In this document: piece after piece, positions 28,945 to 43,645 of the stretch | Layout of the letters: each line of letters begins with the position of its first letter | Position numbering within the stretch: position 1 is the stretch's first letter | DNA from: Piromyces finnis finn | Taxonomy: Eukaryota; Fungi; Neocallimastigomycota | Direction: 5' to 3' | Assembly (NCBI GenBank): GCA_002104945.1 | Contig: MCFH01000026.1 | Span: 124,001-188,000 of the forward strand | DNA length: 64,000 nucleotides | The notes under the pieces: generated by a model | What the model saw: only the letters and a program-made list of their open reading frames with translations | Database searches by the model: none | Told to the model about the DNA's origin: nothing | Made by a program: the position numbers and the translations under genes

Positions 28945-30202
28945 TGATAATTTTTATTTTATTGAATTTTTATATCCAAAAAAAAAAAGTTTCTATTTTA
29001 TAAGTTATTTTGTATATTTATTTTTATTATTTCTTTCAACAATAAAACGAATAAAAGTTTCTATAATGATTTAATTTATTGTAAATATATAAAAATGATA
29101 ATTATTATAAAAATAAAATTTCATTAGTTCATTTTTTATTTATTTATATAAAAGGATATTAAGAAATTTGTGTTTTAAAAATTTGTTAAAAAAAAAAACA
29201 AATAAAAGCTGAATATAAAAAGTATATATAAATATGAAAAAAAATATTATTTTAAAAATAAATAAATAAATAAATACTTTTTTTTATAATTATAAATTTT
29301 CTTTCTTTTTTTTTTTCTCTTTTGTTATTATTTTCTTTAATTTTTTATTTTTTTTTTCTTTCTTTTATATTTTGAAATCTTATTATTATTTCTTTTAGCT
29401 ATTTTTTTTTTTTTTTTTTTTTTTTTTATTGTATCTTTTATTTATTTCTATTTTTTTTTTTTTTATAATTTTACTGGAACAATTATAAATTTTTGTTGTA
29501 TATTATATATTTTATATTTATTTGTTATTGTTATTTTGTATTGTTTCAATCTTTAATATTTATTTATTACTCTCCTATATTTATTTTAGGAAAAAGTAAA
29601 GATATTAATAATTTATAATGGTTAAATAATAATTATTATTCAATAAATATTACATATAATATCAATACTAATATTATTGGAACAACAACAAATATTAAAA
29701 GAAAAAAAAATAAAAAAAAAATATTTGTAAAATTTTATTTCAAAATATAATTTAAAATTTTATAAATCAATTTATAATAAATATTAATTATTAGATTAAA
29801 AATTTTAATGAAAAACTACTAATACAAAATGTATAATGTAACATACATTTTATCCTAAAATGATAATGTAAATGTAATTACTTTCTACCTCTTTTTAAAG
29901 TTAAAAAAATATTTATAAAAATTTAGTAACAAGGAAAAGAAATTGATACTATATGTACCTTAGGAAAGATGATGTTTTATTGTTTAATCGAGAATATAAG
30001 AAAAATGCTAAACCTTTTAATAATTATTTTAAAATAGATATAACTTAAAATAGTATTGCTTATTATTACTACTTCTAATACTATTCCTACCATTATTATT
30101 CCTACTAATAAACACATTACAATTACTATTAAGATAATAGTAATTGTTATAAGATGATAATCTTTCAGATAGTAATTTATTCATTCATTCATTCATTTAT
30201 AT

Positions 30203-30824
<622 letters not shown>

Positions 30825-31766
30825 GGATTAATAAATAAAAATCACTTGTTGTTTGTACTTCATTGGTTCATATTTATATTTAATGAAATTTGTAATAGAA
30901 TATAATATGTATGATACATTTTTTAAAGATAAATTGTAATACTGATTTATTTAAAATTTATTAATATTAATTGATATTTTATTATTTATATTAAAAAAAA
31001 AAAAAACATGTTATTTTTTCATATTATTATAAATAATAATAATAATAATAATATTAAAGGTACAATTTAAATTATTATTTTAAAAATATAAATTATATTA
31101 AAAAGTAAAATGGTTCCTCCCTCTCTAAAATAATAATATTATAATAATATTAATAAATAAATAAATAAATAAAAAAAGATTAATAAATGATGCTATTATT
31201 ATTATTATTTTTTATTTTTATTTTTTTTTTTAAAAGAAAGAAATATAAAGATACATATGTTATTTAAAATTGATTATACTATTATTATTATTATTCATTT
31301 AAAAACCAGATAATAATGGAAATTTTAAATATGAAGAAATATGACTCGATGATGGTATTAGTATTTAGATATTATTTCAATGAATATTAATTGGCCGATT
31401 GGTTTATTCTCTACTTTTTACTATATTATTTTTAAAGAAATATAGTAAAAATACTTTTACTGGAAAAAAAAAAAAATATATTTGTATTCATTATAAATAT
31501 TCATCATCTTATCTATAACATAGATTACAAAATGATAAATTTTTATAACATTAAAAATGTTTAGAAACTTAGGGAATAAAAGTTAATAATATATTCTTTT
31601 TTTTCATAAACATTATTTTATAAATAATATATTATTGATTATGATATAAACAATTGCTTTAATATCTTTTTTTTAAAGTCAAAGTTTTTTGTTTAAAATA
31701 CATATATTAATTTTTATTAATTTTTGTTATGTTATATGCTATTGTTATTATTTTACGTTTTAGATT

Positions 31767-31801
<35 letters not shown>

Positions 31802-32227
31802 CCTTTTGATTCTTGTTTGATTTAAATTATATATATATTCTTCTTGTTGTATAAAATACGATAAAAATAAAACGCTGAAATGTAAAAAATATTTTTAAAT
31901 TTGATTCCAAATTATATTTTATACAATTCCTATTTTCTTTGTTCATTCATTCATTCGTTTTTTTCTTTCCTTTTTTTTTTTTTTCTTTTTTTTCTTTCTT
32001 TCTTTCTTTCCTTTTTTTTTTTTTTAATATTGAATAATATTATTATATTTATCTATGTATTAAATTTTTATTGCTTAATATATATATATATATTTCTTTT
32101 ATAAATAAAACTGAATACTTTAATAATACTATTTTTTTTTAAATTTTTTTTTTTTATTTTGTATTCTAATTTTAATATTATACTAATATGATTTAAAATT
32201 TTTATTTTAATATATATATATATATGT

Positions 32228-32260
<33 letters not shown>

Positions 32261-32447
32261 TTTTTCTTATTTTTTTCTAATTTTATATTAAATATATATT
32301 TTTCCTTTTTCTTAATTTTATAAAATATAAAAGAGTTAAAAATAAGATCTAAAAATCAAAGTATAAATTATAAATTACGTGATAGATTTTATAAATAATA
32401 AAAAAAATATCTATCTAAACAAAGTAGAAATGAAAAGTATATTAAGT

Positions 32448-35400
32448 TTATTCATTATCTTTTTGTTGATCCTTAATATATTGATTCATTTGTGAAAATA
32501 ATGGATTTGCAGCAGTGTTGTTAACATTATTTGAACTTAACATTTGAATTGATGGTGACATATTTGGAACTGCAATTTGAGAACCTGGTGAAGTTGATAA
32601 AAGAGCCGCATTTTGTTGTTGTTGATTTATAATGGTTGGTAGAAAGTAATTACCTTGTGATGGTACTTGAGCAAATTGCGCTAAACTTGTTTGTGAGATA
32701 GCTTGTGTTTGAAGTTTTCCAATAATATTTGAATTTTGAGCAGACATATAGCCGTTGTATTGACCAAATGGATAAACACCAACACTTTGCTGTGGTGCAA
32801 TATAACCAGGTGGATATAAGGATAATTGATTTCCGGCTTGGCCTTGGAAAAATCCTGCAGCTTGATTAGATGAATTGATAAGTGATGCTGCTATTGATTG
32901 TTGTGGTGATTGGGGTTGAGTTTGTAAAGTTGGATTTGCTGAAGTAAAGAAACTTGACATTGGTGTTGTTGGGGTTAATGGTGAAACAATATCTTGAACT
33001 GAGTAAATAGAACCGGGTATATAAGCATTGTTTTCCATTATACCTAAATTGGATGGAATAACTGCAAGTTCATCAAGCAAACGCTTATAACTAATTTGAG
33101 TGGGTTTAATATCACCAATATTAACTAAAATTTCTCTTATACGATCAGCTAATCTTATTTTTTCTTCCATATTTATACAACCATTAGATAAAATCTTTTG
33201 AATAACACTAACACCATAAATTTGGTCTTTAAGAATTTCTTCTAATTTGCTATCTTCGCTAAAGAAAATTTCTTTGATTACCATTTCTCTTGCTTCAATT
33301 TCAGTACGTTGATTTACTATCATATTTTTAATTATTTAAAAGTTAAATAAGTTTAAATTGAATATTATTAATTAATACACAAATTATTTTTTATTAATAA
33401 ATAATAAAATTTATCAACTATTTACCAAGTTTTAATACAGTTGCTGATGCCAACTTATGACAACAAAATTGTGGTATATGCTTTAATAATTTTGGAGCTA
33501 AAGCACGATATCTTCCAGGAAGTGATGATGTATCTAATAACCAAGTTAAAAGAATAGCACCATTTGGATTTGTGCAGAGTTGAACAGAGTTGTGTAAAAT
33601 AGCCAATGCTACTTGTTTCTGTTGACGTTTAGTAGTATATTGTGATTCAAGACATGCACGAACAGATCTTGCACCAAATCTACCTAAACCAATATCGAGA
33701 CATTTTGCAGCCATAGCATCAAAAACAAATTGATTACATTTTGTGCCAAGACGTAAACAACATTGAACAACATAATTTCCAAATTGATCAAGTAAAAGTG
33801 GTGGTGTATATGCTCTAATAGCATCAATGATTTTTTGAATCTTTATTTTAATAAAATTATAATTAATATAAATATTTTAAAATATATTATTGTTATATAT
33901 ATTTGAATATTTAATTAATACCTGAACTTGAGTTTTTGCACAATCAATCATTTTTTGTACTACCCAAGTACCGTTTTTATGGACACCAAAAGAGGCCATA
34001 TGTGGAGCAACCAATTCAATCAATTTTAATACCTTATTTTGATCGTCAGTCTTTTCAATAATTTTTTGAATAACTACATTACCAATATAATCTATTTTTA
34101 TTTTTATTTTTTAAAAAAATATAAATATTATTTATTTTAATTATTATTACTAACAATATTAAATTTATTTTTTGCGTTGATTAGTCAAAAATAATAAAAA
34201 AAAGAATTTATATACCTGTACAGAGTTCTACAGTATCATCAATAATGTCTTCATAAAATGAGTCAATATCTTTTGCAGATACACGGCCATCTAATTTCTT
34301 TCTTATTTCACGTAATTTATTTTGATCAATTTTTCTTTTTGATTCACTTTCTGGTAATGATGGAATTGTTGAGAAGTATTCTACCTTTGAATCAGTGGTT
34401 ACAATGGCACCATCCTTTAATGGAATTGTAATAGATGGTAGTTCATTTTTATTTGATTCTGATTTATTGCTAGTATTATTACTTGCTTTGTTTGAAGCGG
34501 ATTCTTTATTTTCATTTTTTTTATTTTGATTATTGAAATTATTATTAGTAACAATTTGTTCACCTTTTGGAGGAACTTTAGCATAACCAATTCTTAAATC
34601 TGTACCATCAATCTCTTTTCCATTCATTTCTAATTTGGCCTTAATAGCATCTTCTAATTTTTCGAAATTTACGAAACCACAGTTTTTGTGTGTTAAAACA
34701 CGAGCTGATTCAATCTTACCAAATTTTGAGAATAATTCTTCTAATTCTGCATTACCAATAGATTGAGGAATGTTACCAATCCATAAAGACTTTGTTGGTT
34801 GAAGACCTTTTTCATCATTAGCTGGATCAGCTAAAGAGATTCTGCCATAACCTACTGTAACGTCTTTATCAGCAATTTTTAAATCGGTTAATCCGTTTTT
34901 AGCTTTAACTGCATCTTCTTCATCAACATAACTAATAAAAGCACCATTTTTTTCAGGAACAATACGCATAAATTCAATTTCCCCATACTTTGTAAATGGT
35001 GTAATAATTTCAGTGGCTGATGTTTCACCATCAATTGGTTCTATCCATAAGGTTTTAGATTCTTGTTCCATATTAATTTCATAATCCTCATTTTCTAATG
35101 AGAGTTCCAATTTTTCATCTTTTTCTTTGTCGTCTTCTTTTTTTGCTGCTGTAGAGGTTGTTTCTGAAATATTAGTAGCTTGGTTAAGTGCATCATCTAA
35201 ATCTAAATCCTTATCAGATAAGGATGCACTAGAATGATGATTAGCATGTAAGTTGACTGATGTTCCACTACCAACACTTGATGATAAAGTTCCAATAGCT
35301 CCTAATCCAAGATTATTTCCGAATATTTCATCTTCTAATTTTCTTCCTCCAAATGAAGCAATTCTTCTATGAACATTAGTGGCAATAGGTTGTGGTCCAA

Positions 35401-36674
35401 CATCAGTTTGTTGACTTTCCAAAAATGCAATAGATGATGAACGTTGATGTGTATTATATAAAAATGGTGGTCTACGAATCGGCTTTGGCTTATTCGATGA
35501 TGCGGCAGCAGCTGATAAACCGGATGCTGTAGTTGGTAAGTTAGATGTATTTCCGTTTGTATTTACGGATGCTTCCAATCCATTTAACGCAAGAGAAAGT
35601 TTAGGAGGATTTGGAGAAGTTAATGAAGATGAAGTAGACATTGTAGATATAGAATGATTAAGAGTACTTTCTCCTAATGCAGAGCTACCAAATGATTTTT
35701 TTGGGAAAGGAATAAATGAATCGTTAGTACTACTTGAATTATTTAAAAGTGAAGATGATGGTTGATTAATCATTAGTTTTGGTTTATCAAAGATACTTGG
35801 GCCTAAAAATGTTTGACCTGGTATACTATTATTATTTCCAAGCAAGCTATTAAAACGTTGACTTGCAGCTGTTGTATCGTCTAATCCTAAATAATCCATT
35901 GTTTTTGCTAAAGCATTTATTTGATCAACATCATAATCAGATACTTTACTACCGGATGCTTTTGAATTAAGTCCATTATCAAATAATCCTGTAGTATTTC
36001 CAGTGCCATTAAAACCGGATATATTTGTGTTAAATGATGATGGATTTGTATTAAATAAATCAGCAGCAGCTGGAGTTTCTTTATTATTTGTATGAGTAGA
36101 CCATGGATTTGAGCTTGATGTAGTTGTATTTGAAGAAAACAAATTAGAATTTGTACTAAATGCAGAAGAAACATTTGTTCCTGGAAGAAATGAAAGGGAA
36201 TATGAACCTGAGCGGTGTTTTGCTCCCAATGGTCTATGACGTGGTGGTGGAGGTGGTAGTTCACCTAAAAATTCATTACGAGCTCTATCGAAGATTGATA
36301 ATTTACTATTAAATGAAGAAGAAAGTGTATTAGCTGCAGAATGTTGATCTAATGAAGAACTTAAAGGAGAATCACTTTTTTGTGATGAGGAAAAATATAT
36401 ATTTGATCCATTTTGATTATAATCATTAATTGCAACTGAATCTTGTGTTAATGGAAATGATCTTCAATTTGAAAAATAAATTTAGAATTTTGTTTTAAAT
36501 TTATTAAATTTAATATATTCGAAAATTTTATTTTAAATAGAAATTTAATTAAATTGTAAAAAAAATAATTTAAATTTTTAAGGTTTACCTTGCTAACGAT
36601 GATTTTTGAATCCCAGGAGCTAACTTTGAATTAAAAAGATTATTTCCTTCGTTTTTGTTTGTATTTGAGGCCAT
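32448..36674 (-). CDS. JSN1: Jsn1/Puf1-Puf2-type RNA-binding protein: two RRMs plus Pumilio repeats (~1261 aa, 5 exons)
   Basis: Phase-consistent exons: 36674-36589, 36461-34216, 34091-33922, 33840-33426, 33316-32448. RRMs (KTLWIEPI...GAFISY; KSLWIGNIP...CGFVNF) and PUF repeats (DYIGNVVIQK, HKNGTWVVQK, DQFGNYVVQC, GRFGARSVRACLE, NPNGAILLTWLLD, HKLASATVLK) are characteristic of the fungal Puf1/2 clade. Confidence 0.92.
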
Positions 36675-38931
36675 TCTAATATTAAAATAATTACATTAAA
36701 TAAATAAATAAACAAATAAATAAATTATGTATTAGTTATCTTTGGATCATATTTATTATTATTTATTATTATGAATTGCTTTTATCTTTTATGGTATTAT
36801 GTTTTTTTATTCTTTCTCGGAAATTTCTTTAATATTGAATATTTGGTATATTAATGAATGATTCATTTAATGTTATTTTACAAATTTTCTTTTTTAAAAA
36901 ATATTTTCAATTCTCCTATTTTTCTTATATATTATATTAATATTTTATTTATTTATTTATTTTATTTTTTTTTTCATTTTTCAATTTTCTTGTTTGTACT
37001 TTCATATTGTTAAAATGTTCACTTTTTATTTGTCAACGTTTTATTTTTTTTATGTATATTCCAAATTAATTGTATTTCTTATTTTCTCACTATTTTATAT
37101 ATAAATATCCAATTATATTTAAGAAGTAATAAATTATACAAAAAGAATTTTTCCAATTGAGTTTTTTTAAATATATTTAAAAAAAAAAAACACAAATTCG
37201 ATTTAGTATTTACTCTTTTTTCCTTTATGGCTTTTTTTTTTTTTTTTTTCTATTAGTTATATTTGAATGGTGTAATTTACTTTATGTAATATCTATAATA
37301 TTTATAGAATATTATATTGTCGAATTCTTTTTATTGTGTATAATATGATATTAATAAAAATAAATAAATAGTAAAATAAACAATGATATTATTTGTAATA
37401 AAGATGATTGATTGTTATTCGGCAGAGAGAATAGTTAAAATACCTATTCTATTGAATACATTTTCTTTTATTTATCTTTATTTTTTTCTTTTTATTGTTA
37501 TATTATTATATATTTAACAAAAATATTAATACTATTTTCTTTATTATTATTATTATTGAATAAAAATAATTCTAAATTATTAATTAATCAATAATTTATT
37601 ATATATTTATAATAATTTATATATAAAAAAAAAAGATTTCACTTTTTAAATTAATAAATAAAAAGAAAAAGTATAAAAAAAGTAATAAATAAAAAAACAA
37701 AATTAAAATAAAAAATGGAAATTAAATAAAATATGATATTTAAAATTAATTAATATATAATATATATAATATAGATTTTAGGTTATATTTAAATATATAT
37801 ATGTATATAAAAAGATTATATAATGAATTATTATTAGAAAAAAAAATTATTAATTTATGTGTATGCAAATTTAATACATGAAAATATGAAAATAGATAGA
37901 TTAATAAAAATAAATATAAATAAGATTTTTAAAATACTAATTCAAATTCTAATACTCTCAAATCCTACACCACTACCACCTATAATTATGAGGAGAAAAT
38001 GATGATAATAATATTAAGATTAATTAATAATAAAAATATAGCATTTAAAATTATTAACTATTTGAATTGACATAATAGTAACAATTCTTATACATTTTTT
38101 TCTTTTATAATAATTACATTACTTTATTAGGTATTGTTATAACTGCATATTTAAGGTATAAACCAAAAATAATTATATATTTCTTTTTTAAAAAAAATAT
38201 ATATGTATATAATAACTACAATAATTAATTTATAAATCAAAATTAATATTACTATATCATATTAAATATATTGCTATATTATTATTATATTATAATTTAT
38301 AATTTAAATTCATTTACATTATGAAATGAAATATGTATAGATAATATTATATTAATATATTATAATAATAATAGTAATAAATTATATAAACTTTGAGAAT
38401 AATATAAATTTTATATTATCACCATTTTAATAGTTTATCTTTTTTTTTTTTAATGTAAAAAGTTTAACAAATAAAAAAAAAAAAAAGGTAAAGTAATTTA
38501 TATTTAAGTTTAAAATATTATTATTTCGATATTGAAAACTTTTTTTTTTTAATTAATCTCATTTTGATATTTAATATATTGAGAAATGTGGATTTTTAAT
38601 TATAGTCTATTTTTATAAATAATACTTAAAACATATTTTATAAATTTTTTTATTATTATTTTTAATATATTACATATGATATTACTTAATAATAATGATA
38701 ATTCTATTCTATATCAATTAATACATAAATAATAATAAAACACCTTATATAATTAACAAAGATAGTAACAGTAAAAACAATAACATAACAAAAAAAAAAG
38801 TTTGAAAATAAAACAAATTAAATAGGGTTTATAATAAAAAGGAAAGATATAAAAGATTTTATATTAAATGCAACAAGAGACAATATTTGATGTATATATC
38901 GAATAGGTGATTTTAAATTAATACTGTTTTT

Positions 38932-41900
38932 TTATGTGTAAACTTCAACCTTAATTCCATTTGTATGAGTACTAGAGGATCTTAAATGACCGCTACTAAT
39001 TGTATCATCTTTTTCATTACTCCGATGTTTTCTTTTAGTTGGGGATCTAGAGCGTCCACGAGAATTAATTTCGGATTGCTTACGGTGACAGCTATGGCTA
39101 TGACTATGATGATGACGTTCTTGTTTATTAGTAACTGAAGATGAATTATTTAATTCGTTTGAAATAATATCACGTTCGTTTTTAATATTTTGATATGATT
39201 TTAAAAGATCTTGGAATTTATTTTGAAGAGAGCTTAAATCTCTATTAATACGATGCTCACGTTCTTTATCTCTTTCATTAATTAATGACATTATATCACT
39301 TGAATTATTATTGTCATAATATTTATTGTAGCGACTGGTACTATGACTTCTACGATGATTACCATAAAATATTTTTTCCCTTGGAATATTAGAAGAAGTA
39401 TGAGATGAGCCACTAATTAAACTGTTGTTATCATATTCGTTACTATTACTATAATGACTTAAGGAATCATATGTTCTACAAGAATTATTTTTGCTAGATA
39501 AATTACTACCACTTACACTATTACTACTATCGCTATTATTTTCAGTTAATGATGCATTATCATTAATTCTAATATAATAATTATAGTTATTTTTTGGATT
39601 GTCAATTACACTATTACTAGATAATATTGAATTTCTTCCTAGTGGTGAACTACATTTTTCAATAGTATGATTCTTGACACGACTATGACTATGACTATGT
39701 CTTGAACGAGAAGGCTTGTTTTCATTGATATCAAGTGAAAATGATGTTGTATTTTCTTTATCTTTGTTAGAGTTGTTATGATAACTTTCTAGTTCACTAG
39801 AAAGACCATCACATAGTTTTTTCAATTGGTGAATAGTTTTTTTAGCATTACTTAATTGATTTTGTAATTTTGCTTTATCATTTTGTAATTGTACTTTGAA
39901 ATATAAATTATCAACCATACTGTTTTCTTCATCTATGCTATTTAATTTTAAATTATTTTTATCATTTCTTGTTTTTGGACAAGCTTTAATTACAATATTA
40001 TCTGAGAAGTTTTGCTTATCTAAGTTTTGCTTATCACTTGAATTGTTGGAATTATTATTTAAATTATTATTTTCGTTAGTATTTAAGTTTTTAATATAGT
40101 CATTATTAAGGGATCTACCAATACTTCTAACTCTTTCTTCTTTATTTCTTCCATATTTCAATAATTCGCGTTTTAAATCAACAATTGTATTTTCTTGTTC
40201 GTCAAATTGTGCCTTTATTTTTCTTGTATTCATAATTTCTTTATCCATTCCCTCAATAATACCTTGCAATTCTTGTAATGTAAATGCTTCTGATGTAGAA
40301 TTATCAGTACAATTATTATAATTATTATTATTGTTAACGTTATTATTAACATTATTATTGACATTATTATTAATGTTATTGTTAATATTATTATTAACAT
40401 TATCATTAATATTATTGTTAATATTATTATTAACATTATTATTAATAGCATTATTATTAATATTATTATTTTCATATTCTGTGGTATTAACTAATTTCTC
40501 ATTTTCATTTGGATTTGCACATTTTAAAGATAAGTTTTTAGCAGATAATCTACATTCGGATTTTTCTACTTTATTACTTGTGGCATCTTGTAACTTCTTT
40601 TCGAGATCCTTCTTTTGCTTATTAATATAATAAACACACTTTTTCAAATCTTTAATTTCCTTAATTAATTCAGGAACACTACATTTAAATAAGGAGATAG
40701 ATGATGAACAAATTGAGAGATTTTTATTCTTACTACTACTAATGTTACTATTATTATTGATTGAGTCTTCTTTTTGATGGATTTTAGGTTCAGATTCTGT
40801 ATCTATAATTTCTTCTGAAGAAATACCTTTACTTCTATCAGCTATTGAATCTTGATTTAATAATTTTGAATTGCTATTTTGAATAGGATTACTTAATTGT
40901 TGTTGCTGTTGAGGTGTTTCTTCAGCTTGAATAACTTTATTTAATTGCTCTTGTTGAGCTAGCTTTTCAGCTTGCATCAACTTACTTAGTTGTTCTTGTT
41001 GTTGTGCTAATTCTTCAGCTTGCATCATGTTATTAGCTGATAATTCATTAATTGTTGCTTGTAATTCATTATTTACCATAGTAAGTTCTTCATTTTCACG
41101 TCTTAATATACCATTTTCTCTTTGTAAAAGTTCAATTTCTTTATCTTTTTGGTTGATTTTAGTTATTTCATCCTTTACACTTTCAAGAGATGATTTAAGT
41201 TCTTGATTATTATTTTGTAAGTCATTAATGATTTTGTCTTTATCTTCAAGATTTTCGAGGGAGTTACGTAATTCATTATTTTCACGTTCAACATCGGCCA
41301 ATAATTCGTTTTTCTGTTCTAGAGATTCTAAAGAATTCTTTAATTCTTCATTTTCCTTTTCAATGCTAGCAATGGATTCTACCTTATTTTCTAATTCCTC
41401 AACTGATGTTTTTAACTTATTATTTTCAATTTTAGTTTTGGTAATTTCAATCTTACTTGAACTTTTAACATTTCTAAGTTCAGTTTCTAATCTTTCAATT
41501 TCTTCTTCAGAACTTTGAATCACACCTAATAATTCTTCATTTTGTCCCTTCAAGTGTTCATTAGCAACTTCTAATGCTTCAATTTTCTTTATTAGTTTTT
41601 CTTTATCAATGTTATCGTTATTATTATTGATGATAGTGACATTTTTTTCTTGTTCATTTATATTTCTACTATCTTCTATATTTTTAACATTTAATATTGG
41701 TATAGAGCTTTGTTGTTGATTTTCATTATTAGAAATTAAAAGTTTAGATATTGTTTGTTTTTGTTCGTCAATTATATTTTTTAAATTTTCATTTTCTTCT
41801 TCTAAACGATCAATTTCTTCTTCGGCAGAATATAATTCTCCCAATAATCTTTCTTTATCTCCTATAATTTTTTCTATATCTTCAGCGGTCATAGTAGAGA

Positions 41901-42108
41901 CTTGTCCCATTTTAAAGTTAATATAGCTAGAATCATTGAAATCCATTTTACTCCCTGGATTACTTTCTAATTGTTCAAAACTTTCGGCATCATTTTCAGC
42001 ATTAACTTTAAGTGGTGATTTTTTTTTAATGACTTTTTTAACAACTTTTTTAGTAGATAAAGATCTTTTGCTTCCAAGATCTTCTGATATATTGCCTTGT
42101 GAAGACAT
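38932..42108 (-). CDS. Uncharacterised coiled-coil protein (1058 aa, single exon)
   Basis: Long ORF with A at -3 of the ATG, extensive heptad-like E/K/L/N segments, internal peptide repeats and an S/H/R-rich tail. No domain recognised. Confidence 0.85.
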   Translation of the reverse strand: MSSQGNISEDLGSKRSLSTKKVVKKVIKKKSPLKVNAENDAESFEQLESNPGSKMDFNDSSYINFKMGQVSTMTAEDIEKIIGDKERLLGELYSAEEEIDRLEEENENLKNIIDEQKQTISKLLISNNENQQQSSIPILNVKNIEDSRNINEQEKNVTIINNNNDNIDKEKLIKKIEALEVANEHLKGQNEELLGVIQSSEEEIERLETELRNVKSSSKIEITKTKIENNKLKTSVEELENKVESIASIEKENEELKNSLESLEQKNELLADVERENNELRNSLENLEDKDKIINDLQNNNQELKSSLESVKDEITKINQKDKEIELLQRENGILRRENEELTMVNNELQATINELSANNMMQAEELAQQQEQLSKLMQAEKLAQQEQLNKVIQAEETPQQQQQLSNPIQNSNSKLLNQDSIADRSKGISSEEIIDTESEPKIHQKEDSINNNSNISSSKNKNLSICSSSISLFKCSVPELIKEIKDLKKCVYYINKQKKDLEKKLQDATSNKVEKSECRLSAKNLSLKCANPNENEKLVNTTEYENNNINNNAINNNVNNNINNNINDNVNNNINNNINNNVNNNVNNNVNNNNNYNNCTDNSTSEAFTLQELQGIIEGMDKEIMNTRKIKAQFDEQENTIVDLKRELLKYGRNKEERVRSIGRSLNNDYIKNLNTNENNNLNNNSNNSSDKQNLDKQNFSDNIVIKACPKTRNDKNNLKLNSIDEENSMVDNLYFKVQLQNDKAKLQNQLSNAKKTIHQLKKLCDGLSSELESYHNNSNKDKENTTSFSLDINENKPSRSRHSHSHSRVKNHTIEKCSSPLGRNSILSSNSVIDNPKNNYNYYIRINDNASLTENNSDSSNSVSGSNLSSKNNSCRTYDSLSHYSNSNEYDNNSLISGSSHTSSNIPREKIFYGNHRRSHSTSRYNKYYDNNNSSDIMSLINERDKEREHRINRDLSSLQNKFQDLLKSYQNIKNERDIISNELNNSSSVTNKQERHHHSHSHSCHRKQSEINSRGRSRSPTKRKHRSNEKDDTISSGHLRSSSTHTNGIKVEVYT
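40318..40470 (-). repeat. Coding 12-bp-period repeat (NNNV/NNNI)n
   Basis: Translates to NNNINNNAINNNVNNNINNNINDNVNNNINNNINNNVNNNVNNNVNNNNNYNN within the 1058-aa ORF. Confidence 0.9.
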
Positions 42109-43645
42109 TATTTGGTTTGTATTATATATTAATATAATTCAAACTTATTTACTAGGTAAAAATTATTAGTATTATTATAATGTATTTATTTTTTTTATTT
42201 AGTTGATTTCTATGTTATTCCTATTTAGTAAGTTATATATAATAACAATGCAGTTATATATACATGTATGTATATATATATATAACTTTTTTTAAATATA
42301 AAGTTAATTAAAATAAATAATGAACAAATAAATAAAAAATATAGAAATTAAAAAAAAAAAAAAAAAAAAAAGGGAAAAAACATAAATCAAATAAAAATAT
42401 AAATAATGTCTAGTCAAATAGAGATAAAATATTAAAAAAGGTTATGAGATTCTTTGTAATTTCATTAATTTTAGATATATTTAGATACTTATAATTAAAG
42501 TATCAATAGTTTAATTAATACTTTTTTATAATATATAAATTAATTTAATATATATAACATTTAGTAACAACAAGAAATCAAATATTAATGATGTATCATT
42601 TTATGATAATTTTTTTTATAAAGGTTAATTAATAGTAAAAGATATTTTTTAATAATAATTTTAGATATAAAATTTCTCCAATTCTAAAAAAAAAAAAATA
42701 AATACAAAAACAAATGATATAAAAATTAATAAAAATAACTTTTATCAGTGTAAGATTTATGTTTTTTAACTATTTTCAAATTTTAATATTATTAATATGT
42801 CTTACACATTTTACGAATTTAAAAAAATAAGGTTATATTTAATGTAATGAAACAACGTATATTCAATTGTAAAAATTTTTTTAAAGTATTTTATTAAAGA
42901 AAATAATAATTTTAAAAGTATTACAATATTTAACTTCTTTTAGATTCACTGATTTTAACATTTTAATATGCATAAATGTTAAAATTTATTTTAAGAATAA
43001 TTAAATTATTAGAAACAAAAAAAGTCGTTTTTTTTTTTGATATCATAAACACTTTTATGATTAATTATAATTTTTTTTTTTCTAATGTTTGTTTTATTTA
43101 ATATTCCTATTTTTTATTATAAAATTTATATATTGATATTCATAATTGTTGAAATACTAAAAAATTATATATATTTTAAAACAGTTTTAATACTATAAAA
43201 TATATTTATTATCATGGTGTATAAAATTTTTTATTAAATAATAGAAATTATTAAAAGTGTTACAATAAACTAAATAATTTTTTCTGTAAAACTAATTTGA
43301 AAATAATTTACTTTATTGAAATAAAAAGTAAAAAGATAATTATTTACTATATCTGAATTCATTCATGTAAAAATGACAAAAATTAGAAAAAAAAGTTTTT
43401 ATATACTTATTTAAATGATATTAGTATTAAGAATAATTATTGTGAAATATTTAGGAAAATTAAATTGAATTTTATTTATTATAAAATGTTGAAATAAAGT
43501 TTTTAAATATAAATTAAATTGTTACGGGAAAATATATCATGGAAATATTTTTTATAATAATAAAACCGCAATTTAATAGATCTACTTAACAATTTTTTTT
43601 AATATTTTATATATATACGATTTTTAAATATATTTTCTTTTGAAT

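Noticed and set aside
42953-42984. Inverted repeat ttttaacattt...aaatgttaaaa with 11-bp arms in the divergent promoter
   Set aside because: Short and almost all A/T; expected by chance at this composition.
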